A DNA stretch of 64,000 nucleotides from Macrostomum hystrix (GCA_950097015.1 CATNEN010000003.1:7812001-7876000), one strand, 5' to 3'. Counted from the first letter of the stretch, positions 1 through 14,215 are shown. Numbers and translations: made by a program. The notes: generated from the sequence alone by a model not told the origin.

Positions 1-237
1 TCGCCCGTTGTCGTTGCCTCGGCACTTCTTGCAATAGCAGGAGACGCCGATGGCAATGAATAATAGTAGAATAGCGATGCCTATGATGAGGTAGTGCCAC
101 CATTCCAGTTTGACTGCCTCCTGTGCCGCCACAGGAGAGGGCAAACTCAATAGTAGCCATGCCAACGCACACAGGCTGACACCAGACACAGACATTCGGC
201 TTAGAACAGGTATTCTTGCAATTTTTTTCTCTGTCAT
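1..237 (-). CDS. 5' part of a small single-pass membrane protein (signal peptide, very short ectodomain, TM helix, Cys/Lys juxtamembrane tail); runs off the window edge
   Basis: Manual translation from ATG at 237: MTEKKIARIPVLSRMSVSGVSLCALAWLLLSLPSPVAAQEAVKLEWWHYLIIGIAILLLFIAIGVSCYCKKCRGNDNGR, open to base 1. Absent from the ORF track because no stop lies in the window. Confidence 0.7.
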   Translation of the reverse strand, partial: MTEKKIARIPVLSRMSVSGVSLCALAWLLLSLPSPVAAQEAVKLEWWHYLIIGIAILLLFIAIGVSCYCKKCRGNDNGR

Positions 238-959
238 GATAAATTCGTAGATTTTTCTGCTTCTTTATCAGCTTTCCTATCTAAAAGCCAGTTTAGTCTC
301 CGGACGTACTTTTTTGGTCTTTATGACTTTTCTGTCTAAGTTTCTTCTGCACTGCAAACTCTCTTCTGATTGGTCAGGGCCCGTGAAAGCTCATCAATAA
401 TCTTCTTTTTCTTCCCAAATTTCAGTTGCCAAGCGGTAGAGTTGACAAAAAATCAGTAATGAATTGTTAGACCCTTGCCAGTAGCAAGCGATGATTGAAA
501 GTGGACGAACAGTTCTGGGTTGTAGAGTTTTTTGTTTCTAAAACTATGGAAGTATCGAGATTGGGCCGTTTGCTTTGATTTTTTTAGTTTCCCCTATGCA
601 ATCGAAAACTCCATCATAAAATTTCCCTATCCCTTTAGTTCTGTCCAGAATCATCAACGTCAAACTTCTATTTTGCATAGTAGATCTAGTTTTTTAATAA
701 TATATACTAGCATTATTTATTTGCACTTATTGGTTGCCGCTGAGTACTATAGCAGTCATAACCCTAACTGACATTGATGCCAGATATGGTCTATCTAGTT
801 TATTGTCATATTTTTGGTCATTGAGATGACCGCTTATTACAGTCTAATTAATTGTACTAGCTCAATTCCATTAATGTATTTCTGCAAATTGCTTAGTTCT
901 GGTTATAAACTCTAATCTTTACGACCCCCATCCTCTCACGCCAACATTCTCGCTATTCC

Positions 960-2990
960 TACTCCCCTGTCATCGTCTCACTCTCTCTCTTATTCTCTCT
1001 CATTCTCACCCTCAAACTTTCTCGCTCCCTCTATCATTCTCTCACTCCCACACTCACTCTCACTCTCATTCTCTTACTCTCATCATTTCACTCTCACTCT
1101 CCCACTCTCACTCTCATCCTTTCACTCTCATTCTCTCACTCTCATCCTTTCACTCTCATTCTCTCACTCTCATCCTTTCACTCTCATTCTCTCACTCTCA
1201 TCCTTTCACTCTCATTCTCTCACTCTCATCCTTTCACTCTCATTCTCTCACTCTCATCCTTTCACTCTCATTCTCTCACTCTCATCCTTTCACTCTCATT
1301 CTCTCACTCTCATCCTTTCATTCTCATTCTCCCACTCTCACTCTCAGTCTCACTATCACTCTCACTCTCCCACTCTCACTCTCATCCTTTCACTCTCATT
1401 CTCTCACTCTCATCCTTTCACTCTCATTCTCCCACTCTCACTCTCAGTCTCACTATCACTCTCACTCTCCACTCTCACTCTCATCCTTTCACTCTCATTC
1501 TCCCACTCTCACTCTCAGTCTCACTATCACTCTCACTCTCCCACTCTCACTCTCATCCTTTCACTCTCATTCTCTCACTCTCATACTTTCACTCTCATTC
1601 TCTCACTCTCATCCTTTCACTCTCATTCTCCCACTCTCACTCTCAGTCTCACTATCACTCTCACTCTCCCACTCTCACTCTCATCATTTCACTCTCATTC
1701 TCTCACTCTCATCCTTTCACTCTCATTCTCTCACTCTCATCCTTTCACTCTCATTCTCTCACTCTCATCCTTTCACTCTCATTCTCTCACTCTCATCCTT
1801 TCACTCTCATTCTCTCACTCTCATCCTTTCACTCTCATTCTCTCACTCTCATCCTTTCACTCTCATTCTCTCACTCTCATCCTTTCACTCTCATTCTCTC
1901 ACTATCACTCTCACTCTCTCCCTCTCATTATCTCACTCTCATTCTCCCACTCTCACTCTCAGTCTCACTATCACTCTCACTCTCCCACTCTCACTCTCAC
2001 TCTCATTCTCTCGCTCTCAATATCAATCTCACTCTCCCTCTCTCCCTCTCATTATCTCACTCTCATTCTCCCACTCTCACTCTCAGTCTCACTATCACTC
2101 TCACTCTCCCACTCTCACTCTCACTCTCATTCTCTCGCTCTCAATATCAATCTCACTCTCCCTCTCTCCCTCTCATTATCTCACTCTCATTCTACCACTC
2201 TCACTCTTATTCTCTCGCTCTCATTCTCCCACTCTCATTCTCTCGCTCTCATTCTCACACTCTCACTCTCAGTCTCACTATCACTCTCACTCTCCCACTC
2301 TCACTCTCACTCTCATTCTCTCGCTCTCACTATCAATCTCACTCTCCCTCTCTCCCTCTCATTATCTCACTCTCATTCCACCACTCTCATTCTCTCGCTC
2401 TCATTCTCTCGCTCTCACTCTCTCCCTCTCATTATCTCACTCTCATTCTCCCACTCTCACCTTCATTCTCTCTTTCTCTCACTCTCACTCTCTTTCTCTC
2501 TTTCTCTCACTCTCACTCTCTTTCTCTCTTTCTCTCACTCTCACTCTCTTTCTCTCTTTCTCTCACTCTCACTCTCTTTCTCTCTTTCTCTCACTCTCAC
2601 CTTCATTCTCTCTTTCTCTCACTCTCACTCTCTTTCTCTCTTTCTCTCACTCTCACTCTCTTTCTCTCTTTCTCTCACTCTCACTCTCTTTCTCTCTTTC
2701 TCTCACTCTCACTCTCATTCTCTCTTTCTCTCACTCTCACTCTCATTCTCTCTTTCTCTTACTCTCACTCTCTTTCTCTCTTTCTCTCACTCTCACTCTC
2801 TTTCTCTCTTTCTCTCACTCTCACTCTCTTTCTCTCTTTCTCTCACTCTCACTCTCTTTCTCTCTTTCTCTCACTCTCACTCTCATTCTCTCTTTCTCTC
2901 ACTCTCACTCTCATTCTCTCTTTCTCTTACTCTCACTCACACACTCTCACTCTCAGTATCCCTCTCACTCTAAATCTCGCACGCAAAAAG
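960..2990. repeat. CT/CA-rich low-complexity tandem repeat (CTCA/CTCATT/CTTT units)
   Basis: Runs such as ctctcatcctttcactctcattctctca repeated over ~2 kb. Confidence 0.95.
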
Positions 2991-3367
2991 TCTCACCCTA
3001 ACTGTCTCCCTATTAATCTTACTCCCTAATGAAAATTAGTTAGCCAGGAGCGTCGTCCGCTGCAAATAATAAAACAAAAGAGATAAAAAAGCAAGATTAT
3101 AAATAGCAAAGTAAATAGCCGAGGACACCAACCAATCAATGTAATTAAAAAATGCTTTATTATCAGAATCTACAATTAGTGGATAACTCACTATGTCAAT
3201 ACGAACCAACTATAGCTGGGTCCGTTCTCAAATAATCTTCCTATTGTTCCCTCTGGCTAATAAATTATCCATAAAATTACTCCTAACTTGTATTGTTTAC
3301 TGCAATTTGAGCGCACCGCTTTTCAATATTCATATTGGACTGTTCTGAGAGTGCCAGCAAAGTACTC

Positions 3368-6300
3368 ATGAATAAAAGCTGGACTCAATTATTGATTATC
3401 TTGCATTGTGCGTGTGATGCGAACTGTAAGGGCTAGGAATATAATGAGATAAACGAGCAGATATACATCAGGGTGAGATAAACTAGGAGAATGAGGGTGA
3501 GATAAACTAGGAGAATGAGAGGGTGAGATAAACTAGGAGAATGAGAGGGTGAGATAAACTATGAGAATGAGGGTTAGATAAACTAGAAGAGTGAGAGGTT
3601 GAGATAAACTAGGAGAATGAGAGGGTGAGATAAACTAGGAGAATGAGAGGGTGAGATAAACTAGGAGAATGAGAGGGTGAGATAAACTAGGAGAATGAGA
3701 GGGTGAGATAAACTAGGAGAATGAGAGGGTGAGATAAACTAGGAGAATGAGAGGGTGAGATAAACTAGGAGAATAAGAGGGTGAGATAAACTAGGAGAAT
3801 GAGGGTTAGATAAACTAGGAGAGTGAGAGGTTGAGATAAACTAGGAGAATGAGAGGGTGAGATAAACTAGGAGAATGAGAGGGTGAGGTAAACTAGGAGA
3901 ATAAGAGGGTGAGATAAACTAGGAGAATGAGAGGGTGAGATAAACTAGGAGAATGAGGGTTAGATAAGCTAGGAGAATGAGGGTTAGATAAACTAGGAGA
4001 TTAGCGTGAGATAAACTAGGAGAATCAGGGTGAGATAAACAAGGAGAATGAGAGGGTGAGATAAACTAGGAGATTAGCGTGAGATAAACTAGGAGAATCA
4101 GGGTGAGATAAACTAGGAGAATGAGAGGGTGAGATAAACAAGGAGAATGAGGGTGAGATAACCTAGGAGAATGAGGCTGAGATAAACTAGGTGATTGGGG
4201 GTGAGATAAACTTGAAGATGATAGGTCAATGTCAATGATAGTGGGTGATTAGATTTTCATGAATTTTCGTGAGTCCTTTTCTACAGTTAACAGTCATGTT
4301 TTTGCAATTAAGGAATTTTCCTTCATCAAACAATTTTTATATATTCCATTTCCGGACCTGATCCAGATCATATATGACTAGGCAAGAAAGTGATTTGACT
4401 ACGTTTAAAAGTACTTTTTAGTCAGCACAGAACTGAACTTTTTTTTAGTTTTTAGCTAGAGACTACATTTTTGTCTCCCAGAGAAATTTCTATTGAGACA
4501 TATTGTCGAAGCAATTTTAATTGTCCCAACAAACCAGCTTTTAGAAGTTACAATTTAAAACTTTCAGAAAGAACTTTTCCTAATTTTGTTAGTTCATACT
4601 CCTATTATAATGCATCCTATTCAGTACCAGTATCTGATGAATATTTCCGCCCTGGTGACTGACATTCTTGAGTTCACTTAGCTGAAATCTCACTCATAAA
4701 ACAGGGCATCGCATGGTTATAGGACAAGAAACACAAACACGCTAGCAATTTTCGGATAGATTGATTAATGAATCAAATATTTATGAAGAAGTGGCCAATA
4801 TAATTTCAAAGCCAACTTCTTGTACTATGCGTACAATATTTATATATACTTTTGCGTTGGTTGACGCCCCTTTAGTAACTCCACTTCTCATTGTAAGACA
4901 GAGAAAAATAGTGAGATATAATACGGCTGCCATTTTCTTAGAAACGAGAAACACGTTCTTAGAAACAGCTACCAGATTCTTAGAAAGCGGAACCAGATTC
5001 TTAGAATCAAGACCCAGATTCTTAGAATCAAGACCCAGATTCTTGTAATCAAGACCCAGATTCTTGGAATCAACAGCCAGATTCTTAGAATCAACAGCCA
5101 GATTCTTAGAAAATACAGCCAGATTCTTGGAATCAACAGCCAGATTCTTAGAATCAACAGCCAGATTCTTAGAATCAACAGCCAGATTCTTAGAATCAAG
5201 ACCCAGATTCTTGGAATCAACAGCCAGATTCTTAGAATCAAGACCCAGATTCTTGGAATCAACAGCCAGATTCTTAGAATCAAAACCCAGATTCTTAGAA
5301 TCAACAGCCAGATTCTTAGAAAATACAGCTGAATTTCTAAAAAACGACAACCTAGTTTATGCTTCGCCTACCAGATTCTTAGAAACGAGAACTTATATTC
5401 TTAGAAACGAGAACTTATATTCTTAGAAACGAGAACTTATATTCTTAGAAATGAGAACTTATATTCTTAGACACGAGAACTTATATTCTTAGAAACGAGA
5501 ACTTAGATTCTTAGAAACGAGTATTTATATTCTTAGAAACGAGAACTGAACTCTATAAAAAAGAGAGCCACATTCTTAGAAAAAAATTATTTAAACCAGT
5601 CAGAAAATAAATAGAAGCTGTCAATCAACACTCCACAGTGATGACATCAACTGTGCCACCATCTGCTTGCCCGGACTTGTATTTAGATCCATTTTCCGGT
5701 GAGTGCGTCGAGAATTGTCCCGAGAACAGTTTCAACCTAACGATGACTTCGGTACCATCCAGCGGTGTAGAAATCCAAAGCAGAATCTGCAACTTTCCAC
5801 GATTGGATATTGAAGCAGCGACACCTCAAACTCTAGCATCGATCGGCCGTGGGTCAGCTTCTCCTTCAGAAGCGGCATTGATTGCCGTACTCATTGTGGC
5901 CGTTGTCGGCATATCGGGTAAGTCGCTTCTTTGGCTTCTTTGGCTTCGATAATAAATCATTTATCAGTCCAATGACTTTCACGTCACTCTTGTTGACTAT
6001 CTTTACACTAACAATGACTCTAAAGTCACCCCAATCACTCCAATGTCACCCCAATCACTCCAATGTCACCCCAATCACTCCATTTCACCCCAATGGCTTA
6101 TCAGTCACTCCTATGGCTTACCTCTCACCCCAATGACATCAATTATGTCACCCCAATGACTCACCTGTCACTCCAATGACTCCAATGTCACGCCAATGAC
6201 TCCAATGTCACGCCAATGACTCCAATGTCACCCCAATGACTCCAATGTCAGCCCAATCACTCCAATGTCACCCCAATGACTCCAATGTCAGCCCAATCAC

Positions 6301-7916
6301 TCCAATGTCACCCCAATGACTCCAATGTCAGCCCAATCACTCCAATGTCACCCCAATGACTCCAATGTCAGCCCAATCACTCCAATGTCAGCCCAATGAC
6401 TCCAATGTCACCCCAATGACTCCAATGTCAGCCCAATCACTCCAATGACACCCCAATCACTCCAATGTCAGCCCAATCACTCCAATGTCACCCCAATGAC
6501 TCCAATGTCAGCCCAATCACTCCAATGTCACCCCAATGACTCCAATGTCAGCCCAATCACTCCAATGTCACCCCAATGACTCCAATGTCAGCCCAATCAC
6601 TCCAATGTCACCCCAATGACTCCAATGTCAGCCCAATCACTCCAATGACACCCCAATCACTCCAATGTCAGCCCAATCACTCCAATGTCACCCCAATGAC
6701 TCCAATGTCAGCCCAATGACAGCCCAATCACTCCAATGACACCCCAATCACTCCAATGTCAGCCCAATGACACCCCAATCACTCCAATTTCAGCCCAATC
6801 ACTCCAATGTCAGCCCAATCACTCCAATGTCAACCCAATCACTCCAATGTCACCCCTATGACTCACCAGTCACCCCAATGAGCTCACCCCAATGAATTGT
6901 CACTCCAATTGTCACCCCGAGTTGGGTCAGATGTACAGCCAGTGGCGCAGCCGCAGCAGTCGATTGCACAGCGCTTCTAAATGTTGTGTGCAGCTCTGCA
7001 GTCTTTGGACTGGGTGCATGCAGCAACACACCGACCAACAATTTTAAGTTTAAAATTTTAACGACACTAATTTCACCCTATCGTCTTATAAAAAAGCTCC
7101 CCCAAAACAACCGCAGCCGCGGCCGCAGCCGTCCTGCTGTACCGAAGGCGTCTGCGACCTTTGAGCACCGTCGACCGCGAGCCGGATGTCGGCATTGAGT
7201 CGCCGTACGCTGTCGCCGTATCCGACACCACGCAGTCGACCGCTTCTAACGGCGGCCACAATCCAAACCTGCCCTTGCCGCCGCCTCTACCATCGACTGT
7301 TTCAGTTGTCAACAATGCCGAAGTCGAAGACTCCGAAGATGCCACCGCCGCCGAGCTGGCGTCCGTCAGCGTCCAGAACATCCTGGGCCAGTTGGACCTA
7401 CTTCGTCCGCACCTGCCGGCCTTCAAATCGATGCTCTGGGAGCTGGAGAAATGTCTAGACGCCAGCGCGGACGCTTCTCTATCGCCGCAGCTGCCAGCTC
7501 TTGTTGAATGCCGAGGAGCCCGCAGTCGGCTAAAGCGTACGCTGATGATGCTGGAAGGTCAAGCTGATGAGGCATTGCTATGCGACCGGCTGCTGGCGTC
7601 TAAAGCGGCCAGATTATTGTCTTGGAGCGAGAGTTGCCTCAAGCGACATTTAGTCACGGGGAAGACTTACGAGCCGCAGAGTCAGATGACTTCGACCGGA
7701 GGCCAGCAGCAGCAGCATGAGCATCAGCCACAGAGTAAACAGCATAACACACGAACTCCTAGACGATCTCAATCTCAACAGATGGCAAGGCAGTATCAGC
7801 GTCGGCAGGTGCAGCTTCAGCAGCGAGTCCGTCTGCCAGCGTTTCTACAGACATCGGCAACACGGCCGATTCAAAGATCCGTATCGCTGTCTGGGGAAAT
7901 ATGCACAAGACTTTGA
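3368..7916 (+). CDS. Uncharacterised type I membrane protein: signal-peptide-like N-terminus, short Cys-rich ectodomain, TM helix, long cytoplasmic tail with Q-rich C-terminus. Predicted exons 3368-3425, 5639-5917, 7117-7916
   Basis: Phase-1 GT-AG junctions join in frame: MNKSWTQLLIILHCACDAN|LMTSTVPPSACPDLYLDPFSGECVENCPENSF...ALIAVLIVAVVGIS|AAAAAVLLYRRRLRP... The TM helix spans the exon 2/3 junction and is followed by a basic stop-transfer RRR. Exon 1 is the least certain. Confidence 0.7.
3470..4215. repeat. ~26-bp minisatellite (gagataaactaggagaatgagagggt) in intron 1
   Basis: Direct tandem repeat with 24/26-bp variants. Confidence 0.95.
4935..5550. repeat. 21-bp then 22-bp minisatellite built on a TTCTTAGAA core
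   Basis: ttcttagaatcaacagccaga repeats changing to ttcttagaaacgagaacttata. Confidence 0.95.
6025..6915. repeat. 20-bp minisatellite of 10-bp subunits (tccaatgtca/ccccaatgac) in intron 2
   Basis: Direct tandem repeat. Confidence 0.95.
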
Positions 7917-7987
7917 GGATCAAATCCTCATTCACTTATTTTTTTATTGCCAAATAGTTGCTCCGTCAAGCCCAGACGACTCGCCAT

Positions 7988-10900
7988 GCTATCCCCCAGT
8001 GACTTCCCATTCTATCCCCCAGTGACTCCTCATTCTATCCCCCAGTGACTCCCCATTCTATCCCCCAGTGACTTCCCATTCTATCCCCCAGTGACTTCCC
8101 ATTCTATCCCCCAGTGACTCCCCATTCTATCCCCCAGTGACTCCCCATTCTATCCCCCAGTGACTTCCCATTCTATCCCCCAGTGACTCCCCATTCTATC
8201 CCCCAGTGACTCCCCATTCTATCCCCCAGTGACTCCCCATTCTATCCCCCAGTGACTCCCCATTCTATCCCCCAGTGACTTCCCATTCTATTCCCCAGTG
8301 ACTTCCCATTCTATCCTCCAGTGACTCCCCATTCTATCCCCCAGTGACTCCCCATTCTATCCCCCAGTGACTTCCCATTCTATCCCCCAGTGACTCCCCA
8401 TTCTATCCCCCAGTGACTCCCCATTCTATCCCCCAGTGACTCCCCATTCTATCCCCCAGTGACTCCTCATTCTATCCCCCAGTGACTCCCCATTCTATCC
8501 CCCAGTGACTTCCCATTCTATTCCCCAGTGACTTCCCATTCTATCCCCCAGTGACTCCCCATTCTATCCCCCAGTGACTCCCCATTCTATCCCCCAGTGA
8601 CTCCCCATTCTATCCCCCAGTGACTCCCCATTCTATCCCCCAGTGACTCCCCATTCTATCCCCCAGTGACTTCCCATTCTATCCCCCAGTGACTCCCCAT
8701 TCTATCCCCCAGTGACTTCCCATTCTATCCCCCAGTGACTTCCCATTCTATCCCCCAGTGACTCCCCATTCTATCCCCCAGTGACTTCCCATTCTATCCC
8801 CCAGTGACTCCCCATTCTATCCCCCAGTGACTTCCCATTCTATCCCCCAGTGACTCCCCATTCTATCCCCCAGTGACTCCCCATTCTATCCCCCAGTGAC
8901 TCCCCATTCTATCCCCCAGTGACTCCTCATTCTATCCCCCAGTGACTCCCCATTCTATCCCCCAGTGACTTCCCATTCTATTCCCCAGTGACTTCCCATT
9001 CTATCCCCCAGTGACTCCCCATTCTATCCCACAGTGACTCCCCATTCTATCCCCCAGTGACTCCCCATTCTATCCCCCAGTAACTCCCCATTCTATCCCC
9101 CAGTGACTTCCCATTCTATCCCCCAGTGACTCCCCATTCTATCCCCCAGTGACTCCCCATTCTATCCCCCAGTGACTCCCCATTCTATCCCCCAGTGACT
9201 CCCCATTCTATCCCCCAGTGACTTCCCATTCTATTCCCCAGTGACTTCCCATTCTATCCTCCAGTGACTCCCCATTCTATCCCCCAGTGACTCCCCATTC
9301 TATCCCCCAGTGACTTCCCATTCTATCCCCCAGTGACTTCCCATTCTATCCCCCAGTGACTCCCCATTCTATCCCCCAGTGACTTCCCATTCTATCCCCC
9401 AGTGACTCCCCATTCTATCCCCCAGTGACTCCCCATTCTATCCCCCAGTGACTTCCCATGCTATCCCCCAGTGACTTCCCATTCTATCCCCCAGTGACTC
9501 CCTATTCTATCCCCCAGTGACTTCCCATTCTATCCCCCAGTGACTTCCCATTCTATCCCCCAGTGACTCCCCATTCTATCCCCCAGTGACTCCCCATTCT
9601 ATCCCCCAGTGACTCCTCATTCTATCCCCCAGTGACTCCCCATTCTATCCCCCAGTGACTCCCCATTCTATCCCCCAGTGACTCCCCATTCTATCCCCCA
9701 GTGACTTCCCATTCTATCCCCCAGTGACTTCCCATTCTATCCCCCAGTGACTCCCCATTCTATCCCCCAGTGACTTCCCATTCTATCCCCCAGTGACTCC
9801 CCATTCTATCCCCCAGTGACTTCCCATTCTATCCCCCAGTGACTCCCCATTCTATCCCACAGTGACTCCCCATTCTATCCCCCAGTGACTCCCCATTCTA
9901 TCCCCCAGTGACTCCTCATTCTATCCCCCAGTGACTCCCCATTCTATCCCCCAGTGACTTCCCATTCTATTCCCCAGTGACTTCCCATTCTATCCCCCAG
10001 TGACTCCCCATTCTATCCCCCAGTGACTCCCCATTCTATCCCCCAGTGACTTCCCATTCTATCCCCCAGTGACTTCCCATTCTATCCCCCAGTGACTTCC
10101 CATTCTATCCCCCAGTGACTCCCCATTCTATCCCCCAGTGACTTCCCATTCTATCCCCCAGTGACTCCCCATTCTATCCCCCAGTGACTCCCCATTCTAT
10201 CCCCCAGTGACTTCCCATGCTATCCCCCAGTGACTTCCCATTCTATCCCCCAGTGACTCCCTATTCTATCCCCCAGTGACTTCCCATTCTATCCCCCAGT
10301 GACTTCCCATTCTATCCCCCAGTGACTCCCCATTCTATCCCCCAGTGACTCCCCATTCTATCCCCCAGTGACTCCTCATTCTATCCCCCAGTGACTCCCC
10401 ATTCTATCCCCCAGTGACTCCCCATTCTATCCCCCAGTGACTCCCCATTCTATCCCCCAGTGACTTCCCATTCTATCCCCCGGTGACTTCCCATTCTATC
10501 CCCCAGTGACTCCCCATTCTATCCCCCAGTGACTTCCCATTCTATCCCCCAGTGACTCCCCATTCTATCCCCCAGTGACTTCCCATTCTATCCCCCAGTG
10601 ACTCCCCATTCTATTCCACAGTGACTCCCCATTCTATCCCCCAGTGACTCCCCATTCTATCCCCCAGTGACTCCACATTCTATCCCCCAGTGACTCCCCA
10701 TTCTATCCCCCAGTGACTTCCCATTCTATTCCCCAGTGACTTCCCATTCTATCCCCCAGTGACTCCCCATTCTATCCCCCAGTGACTCCCCATTCTATCC
10801 CCCAGTGACTTCCCATTCTATCCCCCAGTGACTCCCCATTCTATCCCCCAGTGACTCCCCATTCTATCCCCCAGTGACTCCCCATTCTATCCCCCAGTGA

Positions 10901-13900
10901 CTCCCCATTCTATCCCCCAGTGACTTCCCATTCTATCCCCCAGTGACTCCCCATTCTATCCCCCAGTGACTTCCCATTCTAACCCCTAGTGACTCCCCAT
11001 TCTATCCTCCAGTGACTCCCCATTCTATCCCCCAGTGACTTCCCATTCTATTCCCCAGTGACTTCCCATTCTATCCTCCAGTGACTCCCCATTCTATCCC
11101 CCAGTGACTCCCCATTCTATCCCCCAGTGACTTCCCATTCTATCCCCTTATATCCCTCAGTGACTTCCCATTCTATCCCCATATATCCCCCAGTGACTTC
11201 CCATTCTATCCCCCAGTGACTTCCCATTCTATCCCCCAGTGACTCCTTATTCTATCCCCCAGTGACTTCCCATTCTATCCCCCAGTGACTCCCCATTCTA
11301 TCCCCCAGTGACTCCCCATTCTATCCCCCAGTGACTCCCCATTCTATCCCCCAGTGACTCCCCATTCTATCCCCCAGTGACTCCCCATTCTATCCCCCAG
11401 TGACTTCCCATTCTATTCCCCAGTGACTTCCCATTCTATCCTCCAGTGACTCCCCATTCTATCCCCCAGTGACTCCCCATTCTATCCCCCAGTGACTTCC
11501 CATTCTATCCCCCAGTGACTTCCCATTCTATCCCCCAGTGACTCCCCATTCTATCCCCCAGTGACTTCCCATTCTATCCCCCAGTGACTCCCCATTCTAT
11601 CCCCCAGTGACTTCCCATTCTATCCCCCAGTGACTCCCCATTCTATCCCCCAGTGACTCCCCATTCTATCCCCCAGTGACTCCCCATTCTATCCCCCAGT
11701 GACTCCTCATTCTATCCCCCAGTGACTCCCCATTCTATCCCCCAGTGACTTCCCATTCTATTCCCCAGTGACTTCCCATTCTATCCCCCAGTGACTCCCC
11801 ATTCTATCCCCCAGTGACTCCCCATTCTATCCCCCAGTGACTCCCCATTCTATCCCCCAGTGACTCCCCATTCTATCCCCCAGTGACTCCCCATTCTATC
11901 CCCCAGTGACTTCCCATTCTATCCCCCAGTGACTCCCCATTCTATCCCCCAGTGACTTCCCATTCTATCCCCCAGTGACTTCCCATTCTATCCCCCAGTG
12001 ACTCCCCATTCTATCCCCCAGTGACTTCCCATTCTATCCCCCAGTGACTCCCCATTCTATCCCCCAGTGACTTCCCATTCTATCCCCCAGTGACTCCCCA
12101 TTCTATCCCCCAGTGACTCCCCATTCTATCCCCCAGTGACTCCCCATTCTATCCCCCAGTGACTCCTCATTCTATCCCCCAGTGACTCCCCATTCTATCC
12201 CCCAGTGACTTCCCATTCTATTCCCCAGTGACTTCCCATTCTATCCCCCAGTGACTCCCCATTCTATCCCCCAGTGACTCCCCATTCTATCCCCCAGTGA
12301 CTCCCCATTCTATCCCCCAGTAACTCCCCATTCTATCCCCCAGTGACTCCCCATTCTATCCCCCAGTGACTTCCCATGCTATCCCCCAGTGACTTCCCAT
12401 TCTATCCCCCAGTGACTCCCTATTCTATCCCCCAGTGACTTCCCATTCTATCCCCCAGTGACTTCCCATTATTTCCCCCAGTGACTCCCCATTCTATCCC
12501 CCAGTGACTCCCCATTCTATCCCCCAGTGACTCCTCATTCTATCCCCCAGTGACTCCCCATTCTATCCCCCAGTGACTTCCCATTCTATTCCCCAGTGAC
12601 TTCCCATTCTATCCCCCAGTGACTCCCCATTCTATCCCCCAGTGACTCCCCATTCTATCCCCCAGTGACTCCCCATTCTATCCCCCAGTGACTCCCCATT
12701 CTATCCCCCAGTGACTCCCCATTCTATCCCCCAGTGACTTCCCATTCTATTCCCCAGTGACTTCCCATTCTATCCTCCAGTGACTCCCCATTCTATCCCC
12801 CAGTGACTCCCCATTCTATCCCCCAGTGACTTCCCATTCTATCCCCCAGTGACTTCCCATTCTATTCCCCAGTGACTCCCCATTCTATCCCCCAGTGACT
12901 TCCCATTCTATCCCCCAGTGACTCCCCATTCTATCCCCCAGTGACTCCCCATTCTATCCCCCAGTGACTTCCCATGCTATCCCCCAGTGACTTCCCATTC
13001 TATCCCCCAGTGACTCCCTATTCTATCCCCCAGTGACTTCCCATTCTATCCCCCAGTGACTTCCCATTCTATCCCCCAGTGACTCCCCATTCTATCCCCC
13101 AGTGACTCCCCATTCTATCCCCCAGTGACTCCTCATTCTATCCCCCAGTGACTCCCCATTCTATCCCCCAGTGACTCCCCATTCTATCCCCCAGTGACTC
13201 CCCATTCTATCCCCCAGTGACTTCCCATTCTATCCCCCAGTGACTTCCCATTCTATCCCCCAGTGACTCCCCATTCTATCCCCCAGTGACTTCCCATTCT
13301 ATCCCCCAGTGACTCCCCATTCTATCCCCCAGTGACTTCCCATTCTATCCCCCAGTGACTCCCCATTCTATCCCACAGTGACTCCCCATTCTATCCCCCA
13401 GTGACTCCCCATTCTATCCCCCAGTGACTCCTCATTCTATCCCCCAGTGACTCCCCATTCTATCCCCCAGTGACTTCCCATTCTATTCCCCAGTGACTTC
13501 CCATTCTATCCCCCAGTGACTTCTCATTCTATCCCCCAGTGACTCCCCATTCTATCCCCCAGTGACTCCCCATTCTATCCCCCAGTGACTCCCCATTCTA
13601 TCCCCCAGTGACTCCCCATTCTATCCCCCAGTGACTTCCCATTCTATCCCCCAGTGACTCCCCATTCTATCCCCCAGTGACTTCCCATTCTATCCCCCAG
13701 TGACTCCCCATTCTATCCCCCAGTGACTCCCCATTCTATCCCCCAGTGACTTCCCATTCTATTCCCCAGTGACTTCCCATTCTATCCTCCAGTGACTCCC
13801 CATTCTATCCCCCAGTGACTCCCCATTCTATCCCCCAGTGACTTCCCATTCTATCCCCTTATATCCCTCAGTGACTTCCCATTCTATCCCCATATATCCC

Positions 13901-14215
13901 CCAGTGACTTCCCATTCTATCCCCTTATATCCCTCAGTGACTTCCCATTCTATCCCCATATATCCCCCAGTGACTTCCCATTCTATCCCCCCAGTGACTT
14001 CCCATTCTATCCCCTTATATCCCCCAGTGACTTCCTATTCTATCCCCCAGTGACTTCCCATTCTATCCCCTTATATCCCCCAGTGACTTCCTATTCTATC
14101 CCCAGTGACTTCTCATTCTATCCCCACAGTGACTTCCCATTCTATCCCCACAGTGACTTCCCATTCCATCCCCCAGTGACCCCTAGAAACTCATTATTCT
14201 TAACCCCAGTGACCC
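7988..14215. repeat. ~6.2-kb 23-bp minisatellite (ctatcccccagtgactccccatt), ~270 copies
   Basis: Continuous tandem array with two main variants (gactcccc / gacttccc). Confidence 0.98.

Noticed and set aside
4761-5426. Repeat ORFs (SKNLAVD / ESTARFL)
   Set aside because: 21-bp minisatellite open in several frames
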